Notes: a model not told the origin generated them from the sequence alone. Shown: positions 23,828 to 34,849, numbered from the stretch's first letter. The stretch: 64,000 bases of DNA from Gammaproteobacteria bacterium (GCA_041689615.1 JBDNFW010000039.1:32465-96464); one strand, 5' to 3'. Numbers and translations: made by a program.

Positions 23828-24586
23828 TTATTTAATTTTTCCCTGAACCTTGGCCAAAATACCGCGCAATATATTGCATTCATTTTCTTCTAATTGTGTA
23901 CGATTAAATAATCGTCGCATTCTATGCATTAATAGACGCGGGTTATCAACATCATGAAATCCTATTTCGGTTAGGCATTGTTCCAGATGTTGGTAAAACA
24001 TTTCCATTTTATCCTGCTTCACCAGTGCTGTATTAGTTTCAACTATCTCCTTATTTTCTTCAAAGCCACCTAATAGATATATTTCATAACAAATAATTTG
24101 TACTGCGGAGGCCAAGTTAAGTGAACTATATTCCGCATTCGTGGGTATTTGTAAAACAAGGTTACAGAGTTCCAGTTCTTCATTACTTAAACCTGAATTT
24201 TCTCGACCAAATACAACCGCTACAGAAGAATATTTATTTTCGGAAATTGTATTCGCGCATTCTCTTGGCGTAACCATAGGCCAGGGTATGCTTCTCGTAC
24301 GAGCACTAGTACCAATCACCAGATCACAATCTGATATAGCTTCTTTTAGACTTGAAAATATTTTGGCATTAGCAAGTATATCATCAGCGCCCGTAGCTCT
24401 GGCTGTCGCTTCTGCTGAAGGAAATATTTTAGGGCTAACAAGATATAGCTTATCCTGTGACATTGTCTTCATTGCGCGGGCTGCTGCACCAATATTACCG
24501 GGATGTGTTGTCCCGACCAGCACGATCCTCGTTTTATCAAAAATATTTTTCATACTTGTTATTGCTTCACTCATGACTACTGACAA
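23828..24586 (-). CDS. trmJ: tRNA (cytidine/uridine-2'-O)-methyltransferase TrmJ (SpoU family)
   Basis: 252 aa SPOUT fold. VLVGTTHPGNIGAAARAM. Divergent from suhB as in E. coli. Confidence 0.85.
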   Translation of the reverse strand: MSVVMSEAITSMKNIFDKTRIVLVGTTHPGNIGAAARAMKTMSQDKLYLVSPKIFPSAEATARATGADDILANAKIFSSLKEAISDCDLVIGTSARTRSIPWPMVTPRECANTISENKYSSVAVVFGRENSGLSNEELELCNLVLQIPTNAEYSSLNLASAVQIICYEIYLLGGFEENKEIVETNTALVKQDKMEMFYQHLEQCLTEIGFHDVDNPRLLMHRMRRLFNRTQLEENECNILRGILAKVQGKIK

Positions 24587-24608
24587 CGTAGAATAACTCG
24601 TTAACTAT

Positions 24609-25403
24609 TTGGAGAACACTATGCACCCCATGCTCAATATCGCTATACGCGCAGCCAGAGCTGCTGGCGATTCCATTGTACGTGAAATGGATCGCGTCAG
24701 TGATATTTCAATTGATATAAAAGGAAAAAACGACTTTGTCACCGAGGTTGATAGACAAGCTGAACATATTATTATCGAAACAATTAAAAAGGCTTACCCT
24801 GATCATGCCTTTCTAGGTGAGGAAACAGGAAAATCGGGCGATAGTGAGTATCTTTGGATTATCGATCCACTTGATGGTACGACAAATTTTTTACATGGAA
24901 TACCCCATTTTGCCATCTCTATTGCTTTGCAATACAAAGAACGTCTGGATCAAGCTGTCATTTACGATCCTGTGAAACAGGAATTATTTACTGCATCGCA
25001 AGGTAAGGGAGCTCAGCTTAATAACAAAAAAATACGTGTTAGTTCCCAAAAAACTCTGGACGGCGCATTACTGGCTACCGGTTTTCCATTTCGGGAAGAC
25101 CAGGAAGTCGATAAATTTATAAAAAGCTTCAAAGCCTTATTTCCGAAAATTGCGGGCATAAGAAGAGCAGGAGTAGCATCTCTTGACTTGGCCTATGTTG
25201 CATGCGGACGATTTGATGGCTTTTGGGAATATAGCTTAAAACCCTGGGACATCGCTGCTGGTGCTTTAATCGTTCAAGAGGCAGGGGGCATTAGTAGTGA
25301 ATTTACAGGTGGAACAGATTACTTAGAAACAGGCGATATTATTTCCAGCAACCCAAAATTATTAAAGATTATATTAAAAACTATCATGGACTCGACTCGC
25401 TAG
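24609..25403 (+). CDS. suhB: Inositol-1-monophosphatase
   Basis: 264 aa. DPLDGTTNF, WDIAAG motifs. Confidence 0.92.
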   Translation: MENTMHPMLNIAIRAARAAGDSIVREMDRVSDISIDIKGKNDFVTEVDRQAEHIIIETIKKAYPDHAFLGEETGKSGDSEYLWIIDPLDGTTNFLHGIPHFAISIALQYKERLDQAVIYDPVKQELFTASQGKGAQLNNKKIRVSSQKTLDGALLATGFPFREDQEVDKFIKSFKALFPKIAGIRRAGVASLDLAYVACGRFDGFWEYSLKPWDIAAGALIVQEAGGISSEFTGGTDYLETGDIISSNPKLLKIILKTIMDSTR

Positions 25404-25671
25404 TAATTTGTTTATATCAGTAATCTTTTTGCATAACTGGTTTCCTAACATATAGGATCCTTCAGTTACATTATAGAAGAATTTGTAAAGCCTTATATAA
25501 ATGGCAAGATATCACTAAAGCATGATAATGTTGCAAAATATAAGGAATATGCGTAAATATACGGAAATTTTAAAAGAAAAATACCTTTCTCTAAGGATGA
25601 AATAAATAAATCTTATGAGAAGTATTATTCATAGAGAGTATTTCAAAAAATGTACGTTTATACTAAATTTA

Positions 25672-27426
25672 TCAATTGAGTTTATATAGTCTGGCCAAAA
25701 TAACCTCCCGACCACTGACCAAAGTAATTTTTTTCTCAAATACGATAGAAACATTCGATGGTAATTTTTCCTTTGATTGCAATAGATTTTGAAATTCTTT
25801 TTCCATGCCCTCATAGCCAGAATCATTATGAACATAAACATATTTAATCCAGGAATAATCTTCCTGAATCTTAGTCAATGGAAGAGAAAGCAAACGTAAC
25901 GCCAACTTAACTTTTTCTTCATGTTGATGAGAAATAAGAAAATTGTTTGCAATTACCGAGCAGGACGTATGAAAGCGGATATAGTGACCATCATTAGGTA
26001 GCGCTAAAACGACACCAGGGTCTTCATTGCATTGTCGTTTAAAAAGAGGGTATATATCGCGTGTTGCTTGATAATCACGTTCCAAACCGAGCGGATATAA
26101 TTTAAACAATTGTGTAAATACAGGTTGATATACAAGTAGAGACAAAAAAACGGTAACTAATAAAATTAACCTTGAGCTACTGGAATGCTTCTTACTTAAA
26201 ATATCGCTTACTAATAGTAAGGGAAGATATAGAGCAAAGGACCCATAGTAATGCAGCCTAAATTGTTGCCACAGCAGAAAAATACCAAATAGTGAAAAAG
26301 ATAAAAAATAAATATTTTTTAATCGTTTATCATTAATGTATAAGTAATATATAGCAATAAGAGATAACGGAATAAGAAAAAATAAATAGGAATAAAAAGC
26401 TGCTGTACTTCGCCAGCCAAAATCACGCACAAAACTAAATCCCCCTTTAATTTCACCAAATTGTTTTAATATACCTATATCGCCTTGAAAGAATCGGAAA
26501 CCCTGATGAATCTGCGAGAAAACAATAAGACTCATACATACCAAAATACAAATTAACAAAAAGAGACTGCGCTTTGAGTATTTAAAATAATTTACATACA
26601 GAATTATCAAAGATGTGCAAATCGAAATAAATAGATGAAACCAAGAAAGCGTATAAAAAGAAAACTGGCCTGCAAGGAAAGGTTCTGATGGCAAGACAAC
26701 CAGTAAGGTAAACAACAACAAACTTATGGAAAAAAATACGATTGACCTTTGGCTGGCTATTCCTTCACGGTACCAAATAATTAATATCGACACCAATAAA
26801 GGTATTTGTAAAATAAAAAGACTATTATGAAAGGCTGGAGCAATTCCAAGAACCATAGCGAATAAAATTGCCCTTCTCTTATTTTCTAAACTGTCAAACC
26901 AATACAAGCCGCAACACAAACTAGCAAGAACAAAAGTATATTCAATATAATGATGATCTAATACACCAAAACCATGTAAGCCCTGTGTTAAGGGAGAAAA
27001 AGCAAAGCAGAACATTGCGATAGTCAAACGAGAATTTGAGAGATTTAACTTTTTACATACACATATAAACAAGACTGCATTGACGAAAACAAATGCTGGA
27101 GGTGTACGCCATAAGATAAAAAGAGGATCAACATCAAAAAGGGATGATAAAAATAATGTCAAATATCCTATAACAACCGTATAGGCCCAAGGCCAAGTTA
27201 ACCAACTTCCCTCTGGTGCATGTATTTTTGAATCAAATTGATAAAAATTTTGTGGATTTGCTATGAAATCCACAAATCGCCTGGCATGATAAAATGAATC
27301 ATGGCCAACTGGTATATATTCCTCCTCCAAAAGACCGGAGAAAGTCCACAACATTGCAAAATAATACGCAATGCAAGCACCCGTAAACACAATCAATATT
27401 GGAATAATATTTTTACGAATACTCAT
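25672..27426 (-). CDS. Polytopic GT-C-like membrane protein (putative lipid-linked-sugar glycosyltransferase)
   Basis: 584 aa, about 13 TM. First-loop HDSFYHARRF motif analogous to GT-C D-x-x-Y acceptor-loop motifs. No WWDYG oligosaccharyltransferase motif. Confidence 0.5.
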   Translation of the reverse strand: MSIRKNIIPILIVFTGACIAYYFAMLWTFSGLLEEEYIPVGHDSFYHARRFVDFIANPQNFYQFDSKIHAPEGSWLTWPWAYTVVIGYLTLFLSSLFDVDPLFILWRTPPAFVFVNAVLFICVCKKLNLSNSRLTIAMFCFAFSPLTQGLHGFGVLDHHYIEYTFVLASLCCGLYWFDSLENKRRAILFAMVLGIAPAFHNSLFILQIPLLVSILIIWYREGIASQRSIVFFSISLLLFTLLVVLPSEPFLAGQFSFYTLSWFHLFISICTSLIILYVNYFKYSKRSLFLLICILVCMSLIVFSQIHQGFRFFQGDIGILKQFGEIKGGFSFVRDFGWRSTAAFYSYLFFLIPLSLIAIYYLYINDKRLKNIYFLSFSLFGIFLLWQQFRLHYYGSFALYLPLLLVSDILSKKHSSSSRLILLVTVFLSLLVYQPVFTQLFKLYPLGLERDYQATRDIYPLFKRQCNEDPGVVLALPNDGHYIRFHTSCSVIANNFLISHQHEEKVKLALRLLSLPLTKIQEDYSWIKYVYVHNDSGYEGMEKEFQNLLQSKEKLPSNVSIVFEKKITLVSGREVILARLYKLN

Positions 27427-27548
27427 AGAATTAGATTTATCACCCTTTGATTGATATTAACAAAAAGAAAAAACATACTTTCATATCCTGACACAATAAT
27501 ATTTCAATGATGCATACTAAATTTCTATTGGTGCTTCTATTTTAATGT

Positions 27549-29129
27549 TTATTTATCAATTTCTAGTAATACTGAAATAATTTCTCCGCCATATTCAGGC
27601 GGGTAAAAAGTTTGTCGTAATATCCACGAAATATTTTTTACTCTATCAACTGGATACAAAGGCTCATGTTCTCTAAGTGCAGATGCCACAATAAACATAT
27701 AATGGCACTGCGTTAATTCATTTATAAAATCTTCTTGACCGACGTTTTGCAATGGTGGAATAATAACTTTACGCTTACTGTATAACATGACAAATTCTTG
27801 ATGGATTGAATAAATGCATTTATCCTGAGGAACAACTTCTTTTATATCAATGGTTGATTCTATCAACCTCTTTTTAAAAATTAGATGCTTAACCATTTTT
27901 TCAGTATCCATACCAGTAAGCCAGTTCCTATCATTAGTAAGAGACTGTATATTTTCCCCCGGGTTAGTTAACAATCGATTTGTCATAAACATTAAACATG
28001 GAAAAATTGTAATTACAATCAGAAATGGAATGGACAGATTAAAGAAAATACTTATATTTTTATTATTCTGCTTAAATAAAGTTGAAGTAGTAACTTGTAT
28101 ATAAAACAATACAAATGGAATTATGACATAGATAAAACGAACATTTTGATCTGAAAAATTCCAGATAAAAATCAATCCTAGATAAATTACAACATAGAGC
28201 GCATCTAATGATAAAATAATAATGCGCCGGTATAAAGCAAAACACGTTGTTAATATTACAAGACCTGCTAAAACAGCTGTTCCAATGTTAATTACCGTAT
28301 TAAATTGTAACTGTAAACCCAACCAGAACGTTTTTAATTGAAACTGTATTATTGTACTGATTCCAGCCCAAACTCCTCCATACGCATCAATAAAACTTTT
28401 ATATCGTTCCAGAAATGCATTATTAAAATAGGACTGTTCATAATCTATACCATTACTTACTAAAGACCATATCAACCAGGGTATTAATATGATTATTGCA
28501 GTAAAGACAATTTTTGTTTTATCCCGACGATAAACAGCAATAAGTAAAGCAATAACGAGTGATATCCCAACGCTTCTGGTTATTAATGCAAGTCCACATG
28601 TAAATGCGGAAAGATATAGCCAATTATCCGTGCTATTTTTAGTCTTGGAAAAGCACCACAATGTCAACAATACAAATAGTAAGTATAAATTTTCACTCCA
28701 TAACTCAGTGGAAAATAATAGAGTAGATGGAAGAAGTAAAAATAATATCGCATTTATCAGAGCATTAGCTTTAGCTAGACCCTCTTTAACCTGCCAATCA
28801 ATATAAAATAAACATACAGGCAACAGAATTATGGAGGTGGCAACACTTGCCAGAATTATATTGTCACTCCCTGCGCCAAAAATACTTAAGTAAAATGGGT
28901 ACATTGGAGGAAAGCTTCTGTATGCCATCGCTTGTTCCAAGACAGGCAAATTCTCAGCGTTCCAATTTGAAAAATAGTCTGCTTGTAGTAAGTATATAAA
29001 GCTGTCAGTCCAAAAGCCGGGGTTATCATTAAATGAAATAAAAAAATGAATAATCAACGAAAATAATAATAAACCCCATAAACAGTAATACCAATTAAAG
29101 GACAAGTAACCTTTAGTTCGCTTTATCAT
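27549..29129 (-). CDS. Polytopic GT-C-like membrane protein with C-terminal soluble domain (paralog of 30526-32082)
   Basis: 526 aa. WTDSFIYLLQADYF...PMYPFYLSIFG aligns with HDS...SANYMLMALYL...PLFPFVLALTG of the 518-aa protein at 30526. Confidence 0.5.
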   Translation of the reverse strand: MIKRTKGYLSFNWYYCLWGLLLFSLIIHFFISFNDNPGFWTDSFIYLLQADYFSNWNAENLPVLEQAMAYRSFPPMYPFYLSIFGAGSDNIILASVATSIILLPVCLFYIDWQVKEGLAKANALINAILFLLLPSTLLFSTELWSENLYLLFVLLTLWCFSKTKNSTDNWLYLSAFTCGLALITRSVGISLVIALLIAVYRRDKTKIVFTAIIILIPWLIWSLVSNGIDYEQSYFNNAFLERYKSFIDAYGGVWAGISTIIQFQLKTFWLGLQLQFNTVINIGTAVLAGLVILTTCFALYRRIIILSLDALYVVIYLGLIFIWNFSDQNVRFIYVIIPFVLFYIQVTTSTLFKQNNKNISIFFNLSIPFLIVITIFPCLMFMTNRLLTNPGENIQSLTNDRNWLTGMDTEKMVKHLIFKKRLIESTIDIKEVVPQDKCIYSIHQEFVMLYSKRKVIIPPLQNVGQEDFINELTQCHYMFIVASALREHEPLYPVDRVKNISWILRQTFYPPEYGGEIISVLLEIDK

Positions 29130-29350
29130 AATTTTATATTAATTTATTTATGTATATAAACATGGGATTTAATTATAATAACATCTAAAAATTAGCCTTA
29201 TGGTACTGTTTGTTTTTCATTTTAATAGTATTAGTGTGACATATTTCTAAAAATACACTTTTTCTAAGACTACACTCTTAAATATCTTGTTTAATGAGAT
29301 CATCATAATTATTATTGATCACACATCCTATAACCCATAATCTACAGATA

Positions 29351-30286
29351 ATGAATAAACGAATATTAGTTACAGGCGGAGCCGGCTTTCTAGGTTCTCA
29401 CCTATGTAAAAAACTACTTGATGAAGGGAATGAGGTCATATGCCTTGACAATTTTTATACTGGCTCAAAGAAAAATATTATTTCCCTATTGGGGAATCCA
29501 TATTTTGAAGTTGTTCGTCATGACATCACTTTCCCAATATATCTTGAGGTTGATCAAATTTACAATCTAGCTTGTCCCGCTAGTCCAGTTTATTACCAAA
29601 AGTTTCCTATACAAACTACAAAAACTAGCGTATCTGGTGCAATTAATATGCTTGGCTTGGCAAAACGTTTAAATATTCCAATTTTACAAGCCTCTACAAG
29701 TGAAATTTATGGAGATCCAATTGTGCACCCTCAGACGGAGGATTATTGGGGAAATGTAAATTGCACAGGTATTCGCTCTTGCTACGATGAGGGGAAACGT
29801 TGCGCTGAAACACTATTTTTCGATTATCATCGAGAATTAAAATTAGATATTAGAGTGGCAAGAATATTTAACACTTATGGCCCTAACATGGCTGTCAATG
29901 ACGGAAGGGTAATTAGCAACTTTGTTATGCAGGCTTTAAATAATGAAGACATAACAATTTATGGTGACGGAAGTCAAACACGCTCACTTTGCTATGTGGA
30001 TGATCTAATTAACGGTTTAATCAAATTAATGAATAAACCAAATCATCATGAGCCTACTAACTTGGGTAATCCTAATGAACTATCAATCAAGGAAATCGCG
30101 GATAAAATATTGGAATTGACCGGTAGTAAATCGAAACTCGTTTTAAAACCATTGCCTGAAGATGACCCAAAACAACGATGTCCGGATATAACAAGAGCTA
30201 AACAGGATTTAAATTGGGAACCGATTATAGACTTGGATACAGGCTTAACAAATACCATAAATTACTTTAAGAACATTCCTATATAG
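29351..30286 (+). CDS. uxs: UDP-glucuronate decarboxylase (UDP-xylose synthase, SDR family; ArnA-decarboxylase-domain-like)
   Basis: Near-collinear with eukaryotic UXS1: [66 protein letters not shown] at 29351 preferred over the TTG at 29315 used by the ORF track. Confidence 0.85.
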   Translation: MNKRILVTGGAGFLGSHLCKKLLDEGNEVICLDNFYTGSKKNIISLLGNPYFEVVRHDITFPIYLEVDQIYNLACPASPVYYQKFPIQTTKTSVSGAINMLGLAKRLNIPILQASTSEIYGDPIVHPQTEDYWGNVNCTGIRSCYDEGKRCAETLFFDYHRELKLDIRVARIFNTYGPNMAVNDGRVISNFVMQALNNEDITIYGDGSQTRSLCYVDDLINGLIKLMNKPNHHEPTNLGNPNELSIKEIADKILELTGSKSKLVLKPLPEDDPKQRCPDITRAKQDLNWEPIIDLDTGLTNTINYFKNIPI

Positions 30287-30525
30287 AAGAAATATATTTC
30301 TTATTAGGCAGGCATATTTTTTATGATTATTGCCGCATACAGCTTACTGCTAAATTTAATTAAACTTATAACAAGTTGATAACATCATTTATATGGCTCC
30401 AAAAAGATAATAAATATTTCGGCCATATTATTTTTATTCCTTAATAGGAATTACGATAACAATTCTTTCATTTACTTAAAATTTCTAATCAACAATATTT
30501 ATAACTACATAGAATTAATAATATT

Positions 30526-32082
30526 TTGATAAACCATAGTTTTACAAACTCCGGCATTAGAAAGTATACTTTTTGTTTCATATCGATAATTGCTCTCATA
30601 ACATATACAACCATAGCAATTAAATTTGTTTGGCACGATAGTCTCACAACTTTTGCCAGCGATAGCGCAAATTATATGCTAATGGCGCTTTACCTTTCTC
30701 CATGGGAAGAAGCAAGCTTGCCAATACAGTCGCTATGGCCATATCAAGAATACCCGCCACTTTTCCCATTTGTACTGGCACTTACCGGTGTTGTACACAA
30801 CATGACTGCAGCACATGTATTTACATTATTTATACTAATCGCTGCATTGCCACTCATTTACTTGTTCGCAAAACAATGCTTTGCAACAAAATGGCAAGCT
30901 ATGTTTATAACTTCAATATTTATCATTAGTCCATCAACATGGATGAATATACTAGGAATTTTAAGTGAAAATTTATATATATTCTTAAGTTTTTTAATTT
31001 TAATATTGTTTAATAAACAGAAATTTCAAACTATTAGAATGGCTGTAATTTTTGGAATTCTTTTATCAGCCCTTATGTTAACCCGCACCATTGGCGTTGC
31101 AATGTTTGCAGCATACTTTTTCTCTGGACTTTTACTCTACAAAAGAAAAGAGATAAATAAAATTATTTATTTGATGCCCATATTTATTACAATATTTATC
31201 AATGGCATAGCAAAATTACTTCACCAATCCAGCATACCTTCTCAATACATAAGACAATTAAAAGATCTCGAATTTGGAAATCAATTTATTGCCATAATTG
31301 ACGCATGGTTTTCATCTTGGCAATTTTATTGGACTGATAATTTAATGCTTCCTTATGCAATCGTTCTTGTGACAGGCTTACTTGCATGTTTTGGTCTGCT
31401 ATATCGTTTAACCACACTGAAATTTGATGCTATTTACGTTACAGTATATTTACTAATACTTTTATTGTGGCCTCACCCTGGACAAGCATTACGGTTCATA
31501 TATCCAATCCAAGCAATTCTACTGATATATGCTTTTTACTTTTTAGATTATTTATGTAAAACATTTTCAAGCACATCATCTTATAAACCTATTACTATAT
31601 TACTTTTGTTAATGTTCTCCGTTGTTTTACCACCATTATCCTTTGCGTATAATAGATATAATGTTGGTTCTGACAATGAGTATAATCATATAAAAGAATT
31701 TTATAGGTTCCCAGATATAAAAAATGCACAAATAAATGCTGGCATACAAACCGCTATGTTTAATGACATGGTAGACATCAAAAATGACACTAATGAAAAT
31801 GACTTAATATTATATTTTAATTCTTCCTATATCGCTTTATTAGCTAATAGAAAAAGCAAAGATATTAAATTTAATTATATAGATGATAATTTATACACTG
31901 TTGATGATGTTAGTGACGCCGACTATATCTATCTAAGTAGATTACATCCTAGAAAAACCAGAGAAAATATTAATGGTTTGGCAACATTGAAATATTTTGC
32001 TGAAAAAACAGAAATAATATGGACGCACTATTCTGATGAAAATAATGAGCCCGTATCTATTTTTTTAAAAGTTGTAAAATAA
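30526..32082 (+). CDS. Polytopic GT-C-like membrane protein with C-terminal soluble domain
   Basis: 518 aa. Paralogous to the 526-aa protein on the opposite side of uxs. Confidence 0.5.
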   Translation: MINHSFTNSGIRKYTFCFISIIALITYTTIAIKFVWHDSLTTFASDSANYMLMALYLSPWEEASLPIQSLWPYQEYPPLFPFVLALTGVVHNMTAAHVFTLFILIAALPLIYLFAKQCFATKWQAMFITSIFIISPSTWMNILGILSENLYIFLSFLILILFNKQKFQTIRMAVIFGILLSALMLTRTIGVAMFAAYFFSGLLLYKRKEINKIIYLMPIFITIFINGIAKLLHQSSIPSQYIRQLKDLEFGNQFIAIIDAWFSSWQFYWTDNLMLPYAIVLVTGLLACFGLLYRLTTLKFDAIYVTVYLLILLLWPHPGQALRFIYPIQAILLIYAFYFLDYLCKTFSSTSSYKPITILLLLMFSVVLPPLSFAYNRYNVGSDNEYNHIKEFYRFPDIKNAQINAGIQTAMFNDMVDIKNDTNENDLILYFNSSYIALLANRKSKDIKFNYIDDNLYTVDDVSDADYIYLSRLHPRKTRENINGLATLKYFAEKTEIIWTHYSDENNEPVSIFLKVVK

Positions 32083-32098
32083 TACATACTATAAAGCT

Positions 32099-33091
32099 TT
32101 AAGATATGGTTTCTTCAAATAAATTTTTATATTCTTCTATCATTTTTTTTAATGTGAAATTTTTTTCTATTTTCTCTCTATTGTAGGCTCCCATTTCTTT
32201 TCGTAACTGAACTGATTCTGCTAATGTATCTATACATTCTGCAAATAATTCTGCCTTGTTAATAGGACATAAAAAACCGCCTTTTTTATCATCCACAAGT
32301 TCTGGTAATGATGAGCAATCTGTCACAACCACTGGCAAACCGCATGCCATTGCTTCTGCAACTGCGAGTCCAAATCCTTCTCTCACAGTCGGAGACACCA
32401 GAATATCTACTTCATTATACAAAGATGGCATAGCACTATGATCAACACTACCAACACATATTGCTTTCGGATGTTTTATCTGCCTTTTATTTGAACGCAG
32501 CCCTGATGTGTAAAGAAGTTCTATATTTGATTCAGTTCGATCAAGTATTTTGGGGATTAAATCTACACCTTTTTTTCTACTAAGATCTCCACTAAATAGG
32601 ATTTTTATCTTGTTGTCACTTTTTCTTTTTGTCCTTTTAGGAATAAATATATTTTCATCAACACCATTATGAATAACTCTTATTTCTTTTGTATAATTTA
32701 ATTCTGACTTTACTAAACTAGCCAAATACTGACTACCACATGTAATAACTTTTGATTTTTTTAATGCTTGTTCAATGAAAAACTTTAAATCAGTTCGATA
32801 ATGAATTCTCTGTGCAATAGATGAATACGGTTCTATATATCGGTCAAGAACGAAACTGTGAAATGTTGAGACCAAAGGCTTACTGGGTAATTTCGAAAAA
32901 ATAGCATAATCAATTGGAGCATGGATTAAATCTGCTGTCTTATCACCAAAATAGCGTATTGCAGGTGGGAAATATGACCAATTAGGATGGTAAGGTATTA
33001 CCTTGTAATTACTAATATTTGATTCCAACGATTTATGCGCAATATATGCACCACTTCCATAAGCAACGGGGCTACTAATTTTCATAATCAC
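32099..33091 (-). CDS. GT4 (GT-B fold) glycosyltransferase
   Basis: 330 aa. EX7E motif region REGFGLAVAEAMACGLPVV. Confidence 0.8.
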   Translation of the reverse strand: MIMKISSPVAYGSGAYIAHKSLESNISNYKVIPYHPNWSYFPPAIRYFGDKTADLIHAPIDYAIFSKLPSKPLVSTFHSFVLDRYIEPYSSIAQRIHYRTDLKFFIEQALKKSKVITCGSQYLASLVKSELNYTKEIRVIHNGVDENIFIPKRTKRKSDNKIKILFSGDLSRKKGVDLIPKILDRTESNIELLYTSGLRSNKRQIKHPKAICVGSVDHSAMPSLYNEVDILVSPTVREGFGLAVAEAMACGLPVVVTDCSSLPELVDDKKGGFLCPINKAELFAECIDTLAESVQLRKEMGAYNREKIEKNFTLKKMIEEYKNLFEETIS

Positions 33092-33122
33092 AGAAAAGCA
33101 CCTAGCTAAAACATCCTTTTAA

Positions 33123-33911
33123 CTAATCATCTTTTTTAAAAAAAGTATTATAGGGCAAGGTTCTTAAAAGAAATCTTGTTTTAAATGGGTAATATAAAAT
33201 CCAGAATATAATTTGCATTAAACGCCATACAATATTTTTTTCATTTTTTGCCTGCAAACTGATTTCTTCATGCAACCTTGTCGATAAATATTTATCAGTA
33301 CTACAAGGTCCGTCTCCTCCCATGAAAGCTACGGGTATTTTTTCAAAACTGACACTGCTTCGTATATTTATAGCACGATAGAGGAAATCATAATCCTCGG
33401 TGATCGTATATTTAAGATCGTAATCTCCAATTTCATCAAATAATTTCCGATTAACGAAGATGCCCTGATGCGGAAATATATTCCTGAATCTAATCCACCA
33501 TAAATGCTGAATAGGGTTAATTTGTTCGACGTTATCGGGAGATAACTCCTTTATAATCGGAAAACTATAGATATCAAGTTTTTTAGCAGAGATAATTTCA
33601 TGTACTTTTTTCAGTACATTCTCATTTAATAAATAATCGTCTGCCTGGATCGCGATAATATATTCACCCGTTGATAAGTTTACCGCTTTATTAAAGGCAT
33701 CCGGCACGCCCTGATCAACTTCGGATATCCACTTCAAATTATAGGTATTTTTATAAGAAGCAAGAATCTCCAGCGTATTGTCAGAAGAAGCACCATCAAT
33801 CACAATATGCTCATAATCCTGATAAATTTGATTTTTGATGGATTCAATCGTTCTCTTTATGGATCCCCCTTTATTCAAAGATGCTGTAATAACAGTAAAA
33901 TAAGGAGCCAT
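33123..33911 (-). CDS. GT2 (GT-A fold) glycosyltransferase, soluble type
   Basis: 262 aa. FTVITASLNKGGSIKRTIESIKNQIY...IVIDGASSDNT. DxD in AIQADDY. No C-terminal TM. Confidence 0.78.
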   Translation of the reverse strand: MAPYFTVITASLNKGGSIKRTIESIKNQIYQDYEHIVIDGASSDNTLEILASYKNTYNLKWISEVDQGVPDAFNKAVNLSTGEYIIAIQADDYLLNENVLKKVHEIISAKKLDIYSFPIIKELSPDNVEQINPIQHLWWIRFRNIFPHQGIFVNRKLFDEIGDYDLKYTITEDYDFLYRAINIRSSVSFEKIPVAFMGGDGPCSTDKYLSTRLHEEISLQAKNEKNIVWRLMQIIFWILYYPFKTRFLLRTLPYNTFFKKDD

Positions 33912-33949
33912 TAATTTTCAATCATACTGTGTGTTATTTTTTGCATTAT

Positions 33950-34849
33950 TTATAACGCAGGATTTATCCATGTTTGAATTCCATCTCCAAACTCAATCTT
34001 TCCAAATGGCGTATCATTTATTTTATTACGCTTATAATCTCGTAAACAACTCCAATTATTATTTAACATCAATTCACGAATATTTTCTTCTATTTTTACA
34101 GAATGTGTTCCAATATGTAATCGCTTAACTTTTTTATTTATTATATCGGCAGATGATTTTAACACATCAAACTCTTTACCCTGTATATCCATATGGATCA
34201 TATCAACATAATCAATGTCTGATAAAATTGAATTTAACGTATAAGTTTTAACATTTAAAACATCAAGATTATATTGTCCTGTCTTGAATTTTTTCTGACG
34301 CCAGCACCTTATCTTCCTATAAAGCATATTTACTAAATTATCATTTACAATTGATTGCCCATAACATTTACTAGGATCTCCTATTTCAAATTGTACTATT
34401 TTTTCAGTATCATCAATTGCACCTTGATATATCTCATGATTTTCCACATTTATATTATTCATCTCTAGATTATCAATAACCCAGCCAAAGTGAGTAGGCT
34501 CTGCCTCGACTATTACAAGTTTAGTAAAAAGCGGCCTGAGTATTGAAGCTATATAATAAGCAATAACTGACCATCTTGCATATCCCGCACCTAATTCAAC
34601 AAAAGTATAATTATCCGTAGCGCACTCGATACTTTCACAAATATCTAGCCATTCAAATACAGCGTCATTATTCGTTGAAATTTCTTTTTTGCAGTAAAAA
34701 TCAAAACATTTTTTATCAGTGAAATTTATTTCTCTATTTAATTCCACATCATACTTCTTTAGTTGAACAGAGCCACAGCGAGTATGAATAATATCTGAAT
34801 CAAGATGTCCTTCTTTAAAGTTAAATCTATTAAATATCTCTGGATACAT
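33950..34849 (-). CDS. FkbM-family methyltransferase domain protein
   Basis: 299 aa. FVELGAGYARW...LVIVEAEPTHFGWVIDNL pattern typical of the FkbM MTase domain. Confidence 0.5.
   Translation of the reverse strand: MYPEIFNRFNFKEGHLDSDIIHTRCGSVQLKKYDVELNREINFTDKKCFDFYCKKEISTNNDAVFEWLDICESIECATDNYTFVELGAGYARWSVIAYYIASILRPLFTKLVIVEAEPTHFGWVIDNLEMNNINVENHEIYQGAIDDTEKIVQFEIGDPSKCYGQSIVNDNLVNMLYRKIRCWRQKKFKTGQYNLDVLNVKTYTLNSILSDIDYVDMIHMDIQGKEFDVLKSSADIINKKVKRLHIGTHSVKIEENIRELMLNNNWSCLRDYKRNKINDTPFGKIEFGDGIQTWINPAL

Noticed and set aside
25672-27426. The 584-aa membrane protein as an STT3/PglB/AglB-type oligosaccharyltransferase. Its HDSFYHARRF...FD...P.G pattern loosely resembles the STT3 FDPYFNYR...WFD.R.WYP.GR N-terminus.
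   Set aside because: No WWDYG or DK/MI motifs anywhere in the protein. The D-x-x-Y first-loop motif is generic to GT-C enzymes. It is kept only as GT-C-like.
29315-29350. The TTG-initiated 12-codon extension of uxs ([12 protein letters not shown]).
   Set aside because: The ATG at 29351 begins exactly at the conserved UXS N-terminus ([13 protein letters not shown]). The extension has no homology.
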